Position numbers and translations under genes: made by a program. This document shows positions 46,863 through 57,203 of a stretch of DNA of 64,000 nt, in pieces; position 1 is the first letter of the stretch, and every line of letters starts with the position of its first letter. This DNA is from a candidate division FCPU426 bacterium (GTDB lineage: Bacteria > Oederibacteriota > Muellerivitia > Muellerivitales > Muellerivitaceae), in the NCBI GenBank assembly GCA_963738405.1, contig CAVTWJ010000019.1, forward strand, positions 42,699 to 106,698. The letters run 5' to 3'. The notes below the pieces were generated by a model. That model was not told the origin of the DNA, did no database searches, and saw nothing but the letters and a program-made list of their open reading frames with translations.

Positions 46863-47738
46863 TTAGTTTTTAACGGTACGCGTGATGACTTGTTGCAGGG
46901 CTTCCGCCGCAGGCGATAGGGGCGCCTTTTTTCGCCAGGCAAGGGAAAGGGTCCGCAAGGCCTTCAGGGAAGAAATGCGGGCGTAAGACACCGCCGAAAA
47001 CTTGGCTACCATTTGGGGCACCAGGCTGATGCCTAACCCCGCGGCTACCAATGCCTGTACCGTCTCAATGCCGCCGCTCTCGAAGACCACCTTGGGTTCG
47101 AGCCCTGCCTTGCGGTATAGATCAAGGGTGATCTGGCGGAAACCATGGCCCGTCTTCATTAGGATGAAGGATTCATCTGCCGTTTGTTTGAGATGGAGGG
47201 AGCCCTTCCCCGCCAAGCGGTGTTTGGCGGGCAGGGCCAGAAGCAGTTCTTCGGTCAGGATCGTCTGGTGATCCAATCCAGGGCGCAATCCCGCCTCGTC
47301 CATGATGGCCAGTTCCACTTCGCCCTGCTCCAGGGCCAGCGCAAGGTTGGGCGAGGATTCTTCTTTCAAGTGGACCTGGATCTTCGGGTAGGCCTTCCGG
47401 AAAGCCGTGAGGATGGGCGGAAGCAGGTGGGCCCCGGTGGTGGGCATACAGCCTAAGCTGACCTTGCCCATGGAAAGACCTGAAAGGGCCTTGGCGTCTT
47501 CCCGGGCCGATTCCATCTGTTCGAGGATCATTTTGGCGCGGGGAAGAAAAATTTCACCCCTCGCGGTTAGCTTTCCCCCCTTTCGGGTGCGCTCAAAAAG
47601 CGGCCCGCCCAGTTCCTCCTCCAGTTTGGCGATTTGGATGCTCAAGGAGGGTTGGGACACGTTGCAGGTTTGGGCCGCGGTGGTGAACCGCCCGGTTTGG
47701 GCTATGGCGAGGAAATAGCGGAGCTGGTGTGTTTCCAT
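46863..47738 (-). CDS. LysR family regulator divergent from leuCD
   Basis: FTTAAQTCNVSQPSLSIQIAKLEEELG HTH. Confidence 0.95.
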   Translation of the reverse strand: METHQLRYFLAIAQTGRFTTAAQTCNVSQPSLSIQIAKLEEELGGPLFERTRKGGKLTARGEIFLPRAKMILEQMESAREDAKALSGLSMGKVSLGCMPTTGAHLLPPILTAFRKAYPKIQVHLKEESSPNLALALEQGEVELAIMDEAGLRPGLDHQTILTEELLLALPAKHRLAGKGSLHLKQTADESFILMKTGHGFRQITLDLYRKAGLEPKVVFESGGIETVQALVAAGLGISLVPQMVAKFSAVSYARISSLKALRTLSLAWRKKAPLSPAAEALQQVITRTVKN

Positions 47739-47751
47739 AGTTAATAACTAT
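47737..47751. promoter_or_regulatory. LysR-type T-N11-A recognition site
   Basis: Perfect dyad ATAGTTA-A-TAACTAT (ATAG-N7-CTAT) overlapping the lysR start codon. Confidence 0.7.
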
Positions 47752-47830
47752 ATATATCATAGTAACTATATCTTTTACTAATAACTCTTCAGGGCGTACT
47801 GTGAAGCCATTCCAATTGAAGAGGTTTCCA

Positions 47831-49237
47831 ATGGCACAAGGCACTCTCTACAACAAGGTCTGGGATTCCCATGTGGTGGATCAGCTCCCCACGGGCCAGA
47901 ACCAGCTTTTCATCGGCTTGCACCTGATCCACGAGGTCACCAGCCCACAGGCTTTCGACATGATCGCGGAAAAGGGTTTGAAGGTGGCCTATCCCGGCCG
48001 CACCTTCGCGACGGTCGATCACATCGTTCCCACCCAAAGCCAGGCACGTCCCTTCGCCGATCCCGAAGCGGAGCTGATGATGGGCGCCATTGAAAAGAAC
48101 GTCAAAAACTTCGGCGTCCCCTTCTTCGACTTCAAGTCGGGAAACCAGGGCATCGTGCACATTGTGGGCCCCGAGCAGGGCCTGACCCAGCCCGGCATGA
48201 CGATCGCCTGCGGGGATTCCCACACCTCCACCCACGGGGCCTTCGGCACCCTGGCCTTCGGCATCGGCACTTCCCAAGTTAGGGACGTCTTGGCCACGCA
48301 GTGTTTGGCCATGGACGCCTTGAAGGTTCGCCGGATCAACGTGAACGGCAAATTGAAACCGGGAATTACCGCCAAGGACGTAACCCTCTATGTCATTCAG
48401 AAGCTGGGGGTGAAGGGCGGTATCGGCTACGCCTACGAGTACGGCGGGAGCGTGTTTGACGCCATGACTATGGAAGAGCGCATGACCGTCTGCAATATGG
48501 CCATCGAAGGCGGGGCCCGGGTGGGCTATGTGAACCCGGACCAAACCACTTTTGATTACCTGAAAGGCCGGCCCCACGCGCCTTCCGGAGACAAGTGGGA
48601 AAAGGCCCTAACCTATTGGAAATCGGTGGCTTCGGACAAAAACGCGCTGTACGACGATGTCGTGAATTTTGACGCCGCCGACATCGAACCCATCGTCACC
48701 TGGGGCATCACTCCCGACCAGTCGGTCGGCGTGAACGACAAACTGCCCGAAGTCGCAACCTTTTCTGCCGACGAGGCCAAAACCGTAGAGTTGGCTTATA
48801 AGCACATGGACCTGAAGCCGGGATCGCCCATCAAGGGCACGCCTATTGACGTGGCCTTTATCGGAAGCTGCACTAACGGGCGCATCTCTGACCTGCGTGA
48901 AGCGGCCAAGGTCGCCAAGGGTCGTCATGTGGCCAAAACGGTTCGGGCCTTCGTGGTGCCAGGATCGCAAAAGGTGAAGCTGGAGGCGGAAAAGGAAGGC
49001 CTTCACAAAATTTTCACCGAGGCCGGTTTTGAGTGGCGGGAGGCGGGGTGCTCCATGTGCCTTGCCATGAACCCAGACAAGCTTAGGGGCAAGGAAATTT
49101 CCGCCTCTTCCTCTAACCGCAATTTCATCGGGCGGCAGGGAAGCAAAGACGGGCGGACCATGCTGATGAGCCCCGCTATGGTGGCGGCCGCGGCCATCGC
49201 GGGAAAAGTAACCGACGTTCGGGAGGTGCTGAAATGA
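47831..49237 (+). CDS. leuC: 3-isopropylmalate dehydratase large subunit
   Basis: [40 protein letters not shown]. Confidence 0.97.
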   Translation: MAQGTLYNKVWDSHVVDQLPTGQNQLFIGLHLIHEVTSPQAFDMIAEKGLKVAYPGRTFATVDHIVPTQSQARPFADPEAELMMGAIEKNVKNFGVPFFDFKSGNQGIVHIVGPEQGLTQPGMTIACGDSHTSTHGAFGTLAFGIGTSQVRDVLATQCLAMDALKVRRINVNGKLKPGITAKDVTLYVIQKLGVKGGIGYAYEYGGSVFDAMTMEERMTVCNMAIEGGARVGYVNPDQTTFDYLKGRPHAPSGDKWEKALTYWKSVASDKNALYDDVVNFDAADIEPIVTWGITPDQSVGVNDKLPEVATFSADEAKTVELAYKHMDLKPGSPIKGTPIDVAFIGSCTNGRISDLREAAKVAKGRHVAKTVRAFVVPGSQKVKLEAEKEGLHKIFTEAGFEWREAGCSMCLAMNPDKLRGKEISASSSNRNFIGRQGSKDGRTMLMSPAMVAAAAIAGKVTDVREVLK

Positions 49238-49836
49238 GCAAGATCACTCAAATCGAAGGAAAAGCCATACCCATCGAGGGGAACGACATCGACACGGACC
49301 GCATCATACCGGCCCGTTATTTGAAGGAGATTACCTTCACCAACATGGGCCAATACCCTTTCTATGACGAGCGTTTCGACGCCGAAGGGAAACCTAAGGG
49401 ACATCCCTTCGACCTGCCCCAGTTCCAGGGCGCTAATATCCTTATCGTAAACCAGAATTTCGGATGCGGCTCCTCGCGCGAGCACGCGCCCCAGGCGCTC
49501 ATGCGTTGGGGTATCCGGGCTATCATCGGGGAATCCTTCGCCGAGATCTTCGCGGGCAACTGCACCATGCTGGGCATCCCCACCGCGACGGTCAATCATG
49601 GGGAGATGATGAAACTCCAGACCCTGGTCAAAGAAAAGCCACAGATGAAATTCATGCTCGACCTGGAAAAGAAAACCTTGTTAGCCGAGGAAAAGGAATA
49701 TCTGCAATTCGACATCCATGAATCCAAGCGCAACGCCTTGGTCAACGGGACCTGGGATTCCACGGGACTGCTTCTGGCCAATGCGGATAAAACCGCCGGG
49801 GTGGCCCAAAAGCTTCCCTACGTCTCGGGGTTCTAA
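49234..49836 (+). CDS. leuD: 3-isopropylmalate dehydratase small subunit
   Basis: [24 protein letters not shown]. Confidence 0.97.
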   Translation: MSKITQIEGKAIPIEGNDIDTDRIIPARYLKEITFTNMGQYPFYDERFDAEGKPKGHPFDLPQFQGANILIVNQNFGCGSSREHAPQALMRWGIRAIIGESFAEIFAGNCTMLGIPTATVNHGEMMKLQTLVKEKPQMKFMLDLEKKTLLAEEKEYLQFDIHESKRNALVNGTWDSTGLLLANADKTAGVAQKLPYVSGF

Positions 49837-49856
49837 GCCCCCTACAGGAGGGGAAG

Positions 49857-50426
49857 ATGAACACCTTTACTCAAACTTGCCTGGTTCTTGACGCGGTCTT
49901 CAGCGCCTATTGGCTGTGGGCCGCGAGACGGGTGAAAAAAGCGGCCCAGCGCCAATCCCATGGGAGCCGGGCCCTCCATATCACCCTTTTTGTGGCTTCC
50001 TACCTTTTGGCCTTCTTTCCTTTTCCAAGCTGGGGCTTCCTGGATTTGCGACTGGTTCCTCCTTCCACCTTCTGGGGTCTTTTGGGAGTGGCGATTTGCG
50101 CGGCAGGGCTGACCTTTGGCTTCTGGGCCCGCGTCACCCTGGGGAAAAACTGGAGCGGAGCCGTGACCATCAAGGAAGGCCATGAGTTAATTCAAAGGGG
50201 ACCCTACCGCCTCGCGCGCCACCCCATGTACACCGGAATCCTCACCTCCCTTCTGGGCGCGGCCCTTACCACGGGGAAGGCCGGAAACTTTTTTGGCCCG
50301 GTCCTTTTATTGTTCGCCTTCACTCGAAAAATGGCGATGGAAGAATCCTACCTGACCCGGCATTTCGGAAACCGATATCTAGATTATTCCAAAAGAGTTA
50401 AAAGACTGATTCCATATATTTATTGA
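49857..50426 (+). CDS. Isoprenylcysteine carboxylmethyltransferase (Ste14/PEMT) family protein
   Basis: LGKNWS, GPYRLARHPMY, EE...Y...RLIPYIY. Confidence 0.9.
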   Translation: MNTFTQTCLVLDAVFSAYWLWAARRVKKAAQRQSHGSRALHITLFVASYLLAFFPFPSWGFLDLRLVPPSTFWGLLGVAICAAGLTFGFWARVTLGKNWSGAVTIKEGHELIQRGPYRLARHPMYTGILTSLLGAALTTGKAGNFFGPVLLLFAFTRKMAMEESYLTRHFGNRYLDYSKRVKRLIPYIY

Positions 50427-50506
50427 TTTCGATCCCTCCTCTCCAATCCCTCGGATGAGTTAGGTATAATAAAGTTCAAGTTTTTATTCAAACCCAGGAT
50501 TCTTTC

Positions 50507-50791
50507 GTGGAAAAAGATCTCAAGATCATCAATCAATTGACGGCGGTCATCCAGGCCAATGTCGATGAGCACTTCGGCTTTCAGCGCCCCAACAACCGAA
50601 GCCTGGAAAGGGTCCGGCAATACGCCCAGGAAATGCTGGATCTCTATGTGAAGGAATTGATGAAGGAATCGGAAGAGCTCCAAAAGCAGTGGATCTTGGG
50701 GCATCCTTTCCTCGTTCTTTGCCGGGTCAGCGGGGAAACACGCACCTACCAGATCCGCCTCACGACCAAGGACAATCCGAAAGGCTTGTAA
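50507..50791 (+). CDS. Hypothetical protein
   Basis: Fills an intergenic gap; genome-like codon usage; TATAAT upstream. Confidence 0.55.
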   Translation: MEKDLKIINQLTAVIQANVDEHFGFQRPNNRSLERVRQYAQEMLDLYVKELMKESEELQKQWILGHPFLVLCRVSGETRTYQIRLTTKDNPKGL

Positions 50792-50936
50792 ACCTTCCAC
50801 GTTTCCCCCCTGTAAATTCACGCTTTTTCCCGTTTTTTAAACCCTCCCGTCCCCCTCAAAAATAACCTTACCCCGAAGGACCGGGCTTATACTTCTTTTG
50901 TCTTTTAGGAATTCGATCCATTTTGAGGAGGGTTCT

Positions 50937-51638
50937 ATGGCGGCTTCTTCCAATATCAAGTTAAAGGTGATGTTTTCAGGGGAATTCCCGGTGGTTCACG
51001 CCGATCTGGAGCAGGGCCATACGGTTTACGCCGAGTCGGGCTCACTGGTTTCCATGAGCCCCAATATCGACATCCGCGGCCAGATGCGGGGCGGGCTGGG
51101 GCAGTCTTTCCTGCGCAAACTTCTTACCGGCGAGACCTTCTTTTTTGAGAAGCTCACCGCCGAGAACGGACCGGGAGAGGTCATCCTTGCCCCCGCCCCT
51201 CCGGGTGAGGTGGAGCTGGTGGAAATGGACGGAAGCGTCGACTACATGGTGCAAAAGGGCGGCTTCCTGGCCGCCACCGAGGACGTGAAGCTTTCTCCCA
51301 AGATGCAGAATCTTTCCCAGGGGTTGTTTTCGGGCGCCGGTTTCTTTGTCGCCCGCATCTCCGGCAAGGGCACCATGGTTTTGACTTCCTACGGCATGAT
51401 CCGCAAGCACGAACTGGCCGCTCAGGAAGAATACGTGGTCAGCAATCACCACCTGGTGGCTTGGACCGCCTCCACCGCCTACAAGACCCGGCTGGCTTCC
51501 AAGGGTTTAATTACCTCTTTCACCTCGGGCCAGGGTTTTGTTTGCCTCTTCAAAGGCCCTGGAACCGTTTATACCCAAAGCCGCAGCCCCCAGGCCTTGG
51601 CGACTTGGCTGAGGCGATACATGCCCCGCCGGGCCTAA
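50937..51638 (+). CDS. AIM24/TIGR00266 family protein
   Basis: AESGSLV, GETFF, QKGGFLA, GPGTVYTQSR. Confidence 0.9.
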   Translation: MAASSNIKLKVMFSGEFPVVHADLEQGHTVYAESGSLVSMSPNIDIRGQMRGGLGQSFLRKLLTGETFFFEKLTAENGPGEVILAPAPPGEVELVEMDGSVDYMVQKGGFLAATEDVKLSPKMQNLSQGLFSGAGFFVARISGKGTMVLTSYGMIRKHELAAQEEYVVSNHHLVAWTASTAYKTRLASKGLITSFTSGQGFVCLFKGPGTVYTQSRSPQALATWLRRYMPRRA

Positions 51639-51640
51639 CC

Positions 51641-52765
51641 ATGCTGGAATATCCGGCCACGGCCTTTACACCGGATGGAAGCAGCGGGCCTAAAGCCTGC
51701 CGCCTCAAGCTGGGGACAAGGGTCTTGCAGATCCTTCAGGACGACAAACCCGCAGTGGAATGGGAATACCGTTCCTTGGAGTTCGACCACGCGGGTGAGC
51801 ATGGAGAAATGCTTCTCATCACCCCCGGCAAGGCCGCCAAAAACATCGGCAGCGTTACCATAAGCGATACCGAGTTCCGGATGGCCCTTTCGGTTCGTGT
51901 CCCCGCCGAAAAAAGCGATTACCTGCTTCATTTCGGCGACCGGTTCCAAAAAAACGTGAAGCGCAAATGGCGCAACCTCATTTTGGCCGGGACCGTGACC
52001 GCCCTTTTCTGCTGGGGCGTTTACTGGGGAGTGACCACCGGGGCCACCGCCTGGGTCCTAAAGCATTTTTCAGTGAAAAAGGAAGTGGAATGGTCCGCCA
52101 AACTGCCTCCCGCCTGGGGGGATTTGGGAACTCCCCTGCCGGACACCGACCCCGCGGCAAAAGCCGTACAAGCCATTTTGGACCGCTTGAAAGCGGCCAT
52201 CCCCGACAACCCGGGTTATCCCTTCAAGCTTTACGTCATTAAGAATAAAGAAATGAACGCCATGGCCCTGCCCGGGGGCACGGTGGTGGTCTTGACAGGA
52301 CTTCTCGCCCAGGCCGACTCACCCGAGGAAGTAGCCGGGGTCTTGGGCCATGAGATGACCCACGTCTTGAAGCGCCATGTGATCCGCCAGGTTATTCATA
52401 ACCTGGGTTGGCGGCTTTGGGTGGGGCTCTTTTTGGGGGATGGTGATTTCAGCAAGGCCGCCGAGGGTTTGGGCCATCTGGGGGAACTATCTTTTAGCCG
52501 AAGCCAGGAGGAAGAGGCCGATATGGGCGCGGCGCAGATTCTTGCCAGGGCCAACCTGCCCATTGAGCCCTTTATCGGATTCTTTAAAAAGATGCAAAAT
52601 CAGGCCGTCACTGCCGACTCGCCTTTTAAAAACTTTATATCAGACCACCCTTCCAACGCCGAGCGCATGGAAAAGCTGGAGGCTCTGGCTGGCAACTCTT
52701 CTTCGGGGAAAGTGGAACCCATTACGGGAATCGACTGGGCGGTGGTGAAGGCGGAAGTGAAATAA
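51641..52765 (+). CDS. M48 family zinc metallopeptidase
   Basis: NAMALPGG, GHEMTH (HExxH), EEEAD, DHP. Confidence 0.9.
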   Translation: MLEYPATAFTPDGSSGPKACRLKLGTRVLQILQDDKPAVEWEYRSLEFDHAGEHGEMLLITPGKAAKNIGSVTISDTEFRMALSVRVPAEKSDYLLHFGDRFQKNVKRKWRNLILAGTVTALFCWGVYWGVTTGATAWVLKHFSVKKEVEWSAKLPPAWGDLGTPLPDTDPAAKAVQAILDRLKAAIPDNPGYPFKLYVIKNKEMNAMALPGGTVVVLTGLLAQADSPEEVAGVLGHEMTHVLKRHVIRQVIHNLGWRLWVGLFLGDGDFSKAAEGLGHLGELSFSRSQEEEADMGAAQILARANLPIEPFIGFFKKMQNQAVTADSPFKNFISDHPSNAERMEKLEALAGNSSSGKVEPITGIDWAVVKAEVK

Positions 52766-52768
52766 AAG

Positions 52769-53251
52769 CTATTCTTGTTTGTCGATCAGGCCCTGGATAA
52801 TTTCCCATTCCTTGGGCGTGACGGGCTGAACCGAGAGCCTGGAATATTTAAATAGGGCCATGTTCTTCAAGCCCGGGACCTTCTTTAAGAAATCCAACGG
52901 GATCACCCGCTTGCAGGCCTTTACGAACTTCACATCCACCATGTACCAGCTGGGTTTTTGGGGATCGCTCTTCTCGTCAAAATGAATGTCCTTGGGGTCA
53001 AAGGCTGTGTGGTCGGGGTAGCCTTCTTTTACGATTTCCCCAACGCCCGCGATGCCCGAAGGTTTTCCACCGGAATAATAAAAGAACATCTGGTCGCCCT
53101 TTTTCATCTTGTCCCGCATGAAATTGCGGGCGGTGTAGTTGCGAACCCCGTCCCAAAAAGTAACTTTATCTTTCTTCCATTGCTCAACCGGGTAAACATC
53201 GGGCTCGGCCTTCATCAGCCAATGCCTGTATTCCTTGTCCCATACGCCCAT
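52769..53251 (-). CDS. EVE domain protein
   Basis: WLMKAEP, WDGVRNYTARN, RLSVQPV. Confidence 0.93.
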   Translation of the reverse strand: MGVWDKEYRHWLMKAEPDVYPVEQWKKDKVTFWDGVRNYTARNFMRDKMKKGDQMFFYYSGGKPSGIAGVGEIVKEGYPDHTAFDPKDIHFDEKSDPQKPSWYMVDVKFVKACKRVIPLDFLKKVPGLKNMALFKYSRLSVQPVTPKEWEIIQGLIDKQE

Positions 53252-53283
53252 TTTTTCCGCCTTGGGGAGCCCTCAGGCCCGAT

Positions 53284-53598
53284 TTATGTTTCTGTTTTCT
53301 CCGTCGTCCGCCACAACTCGAATCCACCGACAACGCTGTAAACCTCTTTGAATCCTTGATCCATTAAATAAGCCGCCGCGCCTTGGCTGGTATGGCCGTG
53401 GTAGCAATAGCAGACGATGGGCTTGGTCTTGTCGGTTTTTGTGACAAATTCTTGGATATTCCCGTCGTTTAAATGCAGGGCGCCGGGAACATGGGAAGCC
53501 GAGAAGGAACCGGGGTCCCTTACATCGACAAAGAGAAACTTTCCTTCCTTGTGCATCTGGGCGGCCTGTTCGACCGATATTTCCTTAAAAGCTTCCAT
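53284..53598 (-). CDS. glpE: Thiosulfate sulfurtransferase (single-domain rhodanese)
   Basis: VDVRDPGSF, HVPGA, CYHGHTSQGAA, GGFELW. Confidence 0.88.
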   Translation of the reverse strand: MEAFKEISVEQAAQMHKEGKFLFVDVRDPGSFSASHVPGALHLNDGNIQEFVTKTDKTKPIVCYCYHGHTSQGAAAYLMDQGFKEVYSVVGGFELWRTTEKTET

Positions 53599-54389
53599 CA
53601 CTTTTCCCCAGTCCGCTTCAATATTTCCTTCTCCCAAAGCTTGGCATACTTGGCGAAATCATGAAAAGCGGAGAGCCCGCACACCATCAGGCCATGCCAG
53701 CCGTCCAAAAAGCCGTGGCGGGAGATATAACCCCGGAAAAAGGTGACAAGGGGCGCAAGGGTCACGTAATACCACCAAAAAGTAATTTTCTTGGGTTTCA
53801 CTTCCGTAATCGCCAGATCCGAATAGCGGTTCATCTTATCCAGGTACTGGTGAATGGAATCGTAGGTGTAATGGTTCATGGGTTCGGAAAGTTCCAGGGT
53901 TTTCCCTTTCACTTCTAGCCCCTCATGCACCGGTTCATTGGTAAATCCACCTTGGCCGTTTTTGATCAGCCGTAGTTGGGCGTCGGGCCACCAGCCGCAA
54001 TGCTGAATCCATTTGCCTAAGAAAAAAGCGCGCCGCTTCAAGAAATAACCGTCAACACCTTCGGGAGTCAAGGGAACCTGTTTTTCTATCTCGGAAATGA
54101 GTTCGGGCGTCAGTTCCTCGTCGGCGTCCAGGGAAAGTATCCAATCCCCTGAACATTTGGAGAGGGCCCAGTTTTTCTGGTCCGAATAGCCCTTCCAGGG
54201 GCGGACAAAGGTTTTCGCGCCCAGGGATTTGGACACCGCCACGGTTTTATCCTTACTTTGGGCGTCCACCACGATGGTCTCGACCTTGGCGAAGGTTTGT
54301 TTGGAAAACTTCACGCTCTTGAGGCATCGCGCGATGTTGTGTTCCTCGTTCAGGGTGATGATGACGACCGACAAGGGGGGTTTTTTCAC
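53598..54389 (-). CDS. GT2 glycosyltransferase (KdtX/WaaE-like)
   Basis: LSVVIITLNEE, LSLDADE, VHE, GFLDGWHG. Confidence 0.9.
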   Translation of the reverse strand: MKKPPLSVVIITLNEEHNIARCLKSVKFSKQTFAKVETIVVDAQSKDKTVAVSKSLGAKTFVRPWKGYSDQKNWALSKCSGDWILSLDADEELTPELISEIEKQVPLTPEGVDGYFLKRRAFFLGKWIQHCGWWPDAQLRLIKNGQGGFTNEPVHEGLEVKGKTLELSEPMNHYTYDSIHQYLDKMNRYSDLAITEVKPKKITFWWYYVTLAPLVTFFRGYISRHGFLDGWHGLMVCGLSAFHDFAKYAKLWEKEILKRTGEK

Positions 54390-54410
54390 AAGTGCATCCT
54401 AACTTTATTG

Positions 54411-54548
54411 GTCATTGCGAGCCACTGCACCGCTAGGTGCGCTTAGTGGCGTGGCAATCTCAGTTAAAAATCTTAAGGATTACAGCAAAATCCAACTGGG
54501 ATTCCCACGGCCCAAACCACGCCTATCGGCGCTGGGCCTCGGAATGAC
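54411..54548. repeat. Intergenic palindromic (REP/RPE/MITE-like) element
   Basis: Outer inverted repeat GTCATTGCGAG/CTCGGAATGAC; inner inverted repeat GTGGCAATCTCAGTT/AACTGGGATTCCCAC; side hairpins; AT-rich core. Confidence 0.75.
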
Positions 54549-54574
54549 ACAAAATCTTTTTTTCCTAAATCGAG

Positions 54575-55891
54575 TTATTTTCTTCCCAATAACTTCCGGT
54601 ACCGCTGATAAAAGCCGCTGGTCTTTTTCAAGAAATCCAACCCATCTGTGTCGGGAAACATGTGCACCCGACGGATTTCCATGGGGTCCTCCCCGAATCG
54701 GGTAGGCCCGCTGTTGACCGCGATGCCAAAGGTAAAGCCCGCTTCCCGAACAGCCTTTTTGACTTCCGGGTTCTGATCCCCATAGGGGTAAGCGAAGGAG
54801 GGAACCGCCTTCCCCAACAGGTCCTCCAGAGATTTTTTGGACTCTTCCACTTCCCTTTTCATTTCCACGATCGGCAGTTCGGCCAGGTTTCGGTGGCTAA
54901 GGGAATGGGCGCCGATTTCAACAAAACCGCTATCCGACATTTCCCGGATCTGTTCCCCGCTCAAAAGGGAAGCCTCGGGTTCGCCCTTGGCGGTATCCCA
55001 AAAATTGGTTTTATGTTTTCGCTCGCCCAAAGCGTAAACCACGGCCTTCATTTTGTATTCCCGAAGGAGGGGCAAAAGGTTGCGGTGATTGTCCTCATAT
55101 CCGTCGTCGAAGGTCAACACAATGGGTTTTTTCGGAAGCTTCTGGTTTAAAAAATCGCCGAAGGTGACCGTCTCAAAACCACGCGCCTTTAGGGATTTCA
55201 AATGTTTTTCTAACTGGAATTTCGTGATAAAGACATTGAATTTGGAATCTTTCACCGGCTCTTCCGTGACCCGATGGTACATGAGAACAGGAATCTCGTG
55301 AAACCTTTTCAAATTGGTTTCAAGAATGACTGATTGGTAGAGGGATTCCAGTTTGGGATAAAGGGTATCGAGATTGTATTCTTTTAATAGAAGCTCATAT
55401 CCGGTTTGGGCGGTTTGAAGCCGCAAGGCGGGGTCCTTCAAAAGGGCGATCAAATCTTTGGCCGTTTGTTCCCAGTCAAAAGATTCTCCCTCAAAACAAT
55501 CCCCGAAGTTGGTGGCCTTGGCTTCCTCGAGAACTGGGGGGAGTAGCGGCCCGATGTATTTTTGCTCGCCCAGGGCCACTACCGGCTTCTTGGCGGCCAT
55601 GGCTTCCAGCGCCACACGGCCCGCCCCCACGACCACCGAGGCCCTTTCGTAATAGGGCTGGAGCGGTGTTTGAAAGCCGGCAAAGGTGAGCCTGGGGTTC
55701 GCGGCCTCGAGCGCCCGGTGCTCTTCCCCCACGGGGCCCCCAACGATCTCAAAACGCGCGTTGGGAACCGCCGAGAGAACCCGGGGCGCGACTTCCCGCG
55801 CCAGGTGAAGGATCACTTGGTTCTTGGGGCCCGAGAGGCGCCCCACGATCAGGACCAGCGGTTCAGAGGTTGAGGCCGTTTCGAAAGACAA
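54575..55891 (-). CDS. GT4 C-terminal domain fused to a polysaccharide deacetylase (NodB)
   Basis: VGRLSGPK, GRVALEAMA; LMYH, LTFDDGY, HSLSH, FAYPYG; AGGAG 7 nt before TTG 55891. Confidence 0.85.
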   Translation of the reverse strand: MSFETASTSEPLVLIVGRLSGPKNQVILHLAREVAPRVLSAVPNARFEIVGGPVGEEHRALEAANPRLTFAGFQTPLQPYYERASVVVGAGRVALEAMAAKKPVVALGEQKYIGPLLPPVLEEAKATNFGDCFEGESFDWEQTAKDLIALLKDPALRLQTAQTGYELLLKEYNLDTLYPKLESLYQSVILETNLKRFHEIPVLMYHRVTEEPVKDSKFNVFITKFQLEKHLKSLKARGFETVTFGDFLNQKLPKKPIVLTFDDGYEDNHRNLLPLLREYKMKAVVYALGERKHKTNFWDTAKGEPEASLLSGEQIREMSDSGFVEIGAHSLSHRNLAELPIVEMKREVEESKKSLEDLLGKAVPSFAYPYGDQNPEVKKAVREAGFTFGIAVNSGPTRFGEDPMEIRRVHMFPDTDGLDFLKKTSGFYQRYRKLLGRK

Positions 55892-56339
55892 TCAATTGCT
55901 CCTGTTGGAAAGCCTGGGTTTGGGAGAGCATCTGCTCGCGGATGTTCTCGCACATCACGAGAACGGTGTCCCCGTAAATGTTGAAATTTTTGTTTGAAAA
56001 ATGCAGGTGCTGGCGCCCGTGCAGGGTGGAAAGATAGGGGGTCTTCGTAGAAAGGCAGGCCCAATAGCTCACCCAGCTGGCCGCGCGGGAATGGGCATGT
56101 ACCAGGTCGATTTGTTCTTTTTGGATTAATTTTCTCAAAACGAGAAGGTTGGTAAGCCTCCGGCCCCATCCCCGGTCATAGATGGGAATGTTGACCACTT
56201 CAGCCCCCACCGGGTGGTCAAAACGCCCCGCCGCCACGAAAACCTTGTGGCCCGAGGACTTTTGGCGCTCAATGAGGGCGACCGTGGAGGTTTCAGCGCC
56301 CGTCACAAAGTCGCCGCTTAAAACATGCAGGATGTTCAT
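55863..56339 (-). CDS. GT4 N-terminal domain only
   Basis: TGAE, VHAHSR, TLHG; ends at RNGLNL. Confidence 0.8.
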   Translation of the reverse strand: MNILHVLSGDFVTGAETSTVALIERQKSSGHKVFVAAGRFDHPVGAEVVNIPIYDRGWGRRLTNLLVLRKLIQKEQIDLVHAHSRAASWVSYWACLSTKTPYLSTLHGRQHLHFSNKNFNIYGDTVLVMCENIREQMLSQTQAFQQEQLIVFRNGLNL

Positions 56340-56534
56340 CCGGCCGCCCTTCCTCAAGTTGGTAATTTACTCGTAACAACCGGACAAAAGCTTCTACAAA
56401 AATGTCCCAAAGCCTTTTCGATTCTACAAAAAAGCGGGCAGGCTGGGTGCGGGAAAGGCCCCATTAGGCCGATTCACGATGGCACTTTCCTTGCTTTTAC
56501 TTCGACATCTAGGTTTCGAGGTACGGCTTTGGAA

Positions 56535-57191
56535 ATGTCCCGGATTTTGGTCCAGTGGAAGGCCGAAGAACACATCAAAAACAACAACCCCCTGGGATGG
56601 TTCGAGGATGTTTATGCCTCCGCCGGGGGCGACGAGTTGATTATCCCCTGGGCCAGCCTTTCCCCCAACTCCTTCATGCGCGACTGGCTGGATGAGCACC
56701 CCTTTCCCCGGGGCAAGAAGGCTCTGGTGGTCGGCTGCGGCTTGGGCGACGACGCCGAGGACCTGGACCGGCGGGGCTTTAAGGTAACTGCCTTCGATAT
56801 TTCCCCCACCGCCATTCAATGGAGCCAAAAAAGGTTTCCCAAAAGCCGTGTCAGTTACGAGGTAGCGGATATTTTCAAGGCCCCGGCATCCTGGAAAAAG
56901 TCATTCGATTTCGTCTGGGAAGCCTACACCTTGCAGTCCCTGCAGTCCCCCCTTCGTGAAAAAGCCATTGAAGTCATGGCCGGTTGGGTCGCGGTCAAGG
57001 GCATCCTTCTGGCCGTCACCCGGGGGAAAGAAGAAGGCGAGTCTCCCGAAGGGCCTCCCTGGCCCTTAACCCTCAGGCAGATGGAGCTTTTCCCGAAGTC
57101 GGGTTTAAATATTCGGGAGTTTAAGGATTTCAAGGACCCGGAAGCCCCCGCCATCCGCCGTTTCCTGGGATGCTACCAAAGAGAAATCTAA
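56535..57191 (+). CDS. TPMT-like class I SAM methyltransferase
   Basis: IPW, ALVVGCGLGDDAE, FDISPTAI, GPPWPL. Confidence 0.85.
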   Translation: MSRILVQWKAEEHIKNNNPLGWFEDVYASAGGDELIIPWASLSPNSFMRDWLDEHPFPRGKKALVVGCGLGDDAEDLDRRGFKVTAFDISPTAIQWSQKRFPKSRVSYEVADIFKAPASWKKSFDFVWEAYTLQSLQSPLREKAIEVMAGWVAVKGILLAVTRGKEEGESPEGPPWPLTLRQMELFPKSGLNIREFKDFKDPEAPAIRRFLGCYQREI

Positions 57192-57203
57192 TAGGGCCTG
57201 TGT

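Noticed and set aside
56325..56534. Long N-terminal extension of the TPMT-like ORF
   Set aside because: It overlaps the divergent GT4 gene start and promoter region; ATG 56535 is more plausible.
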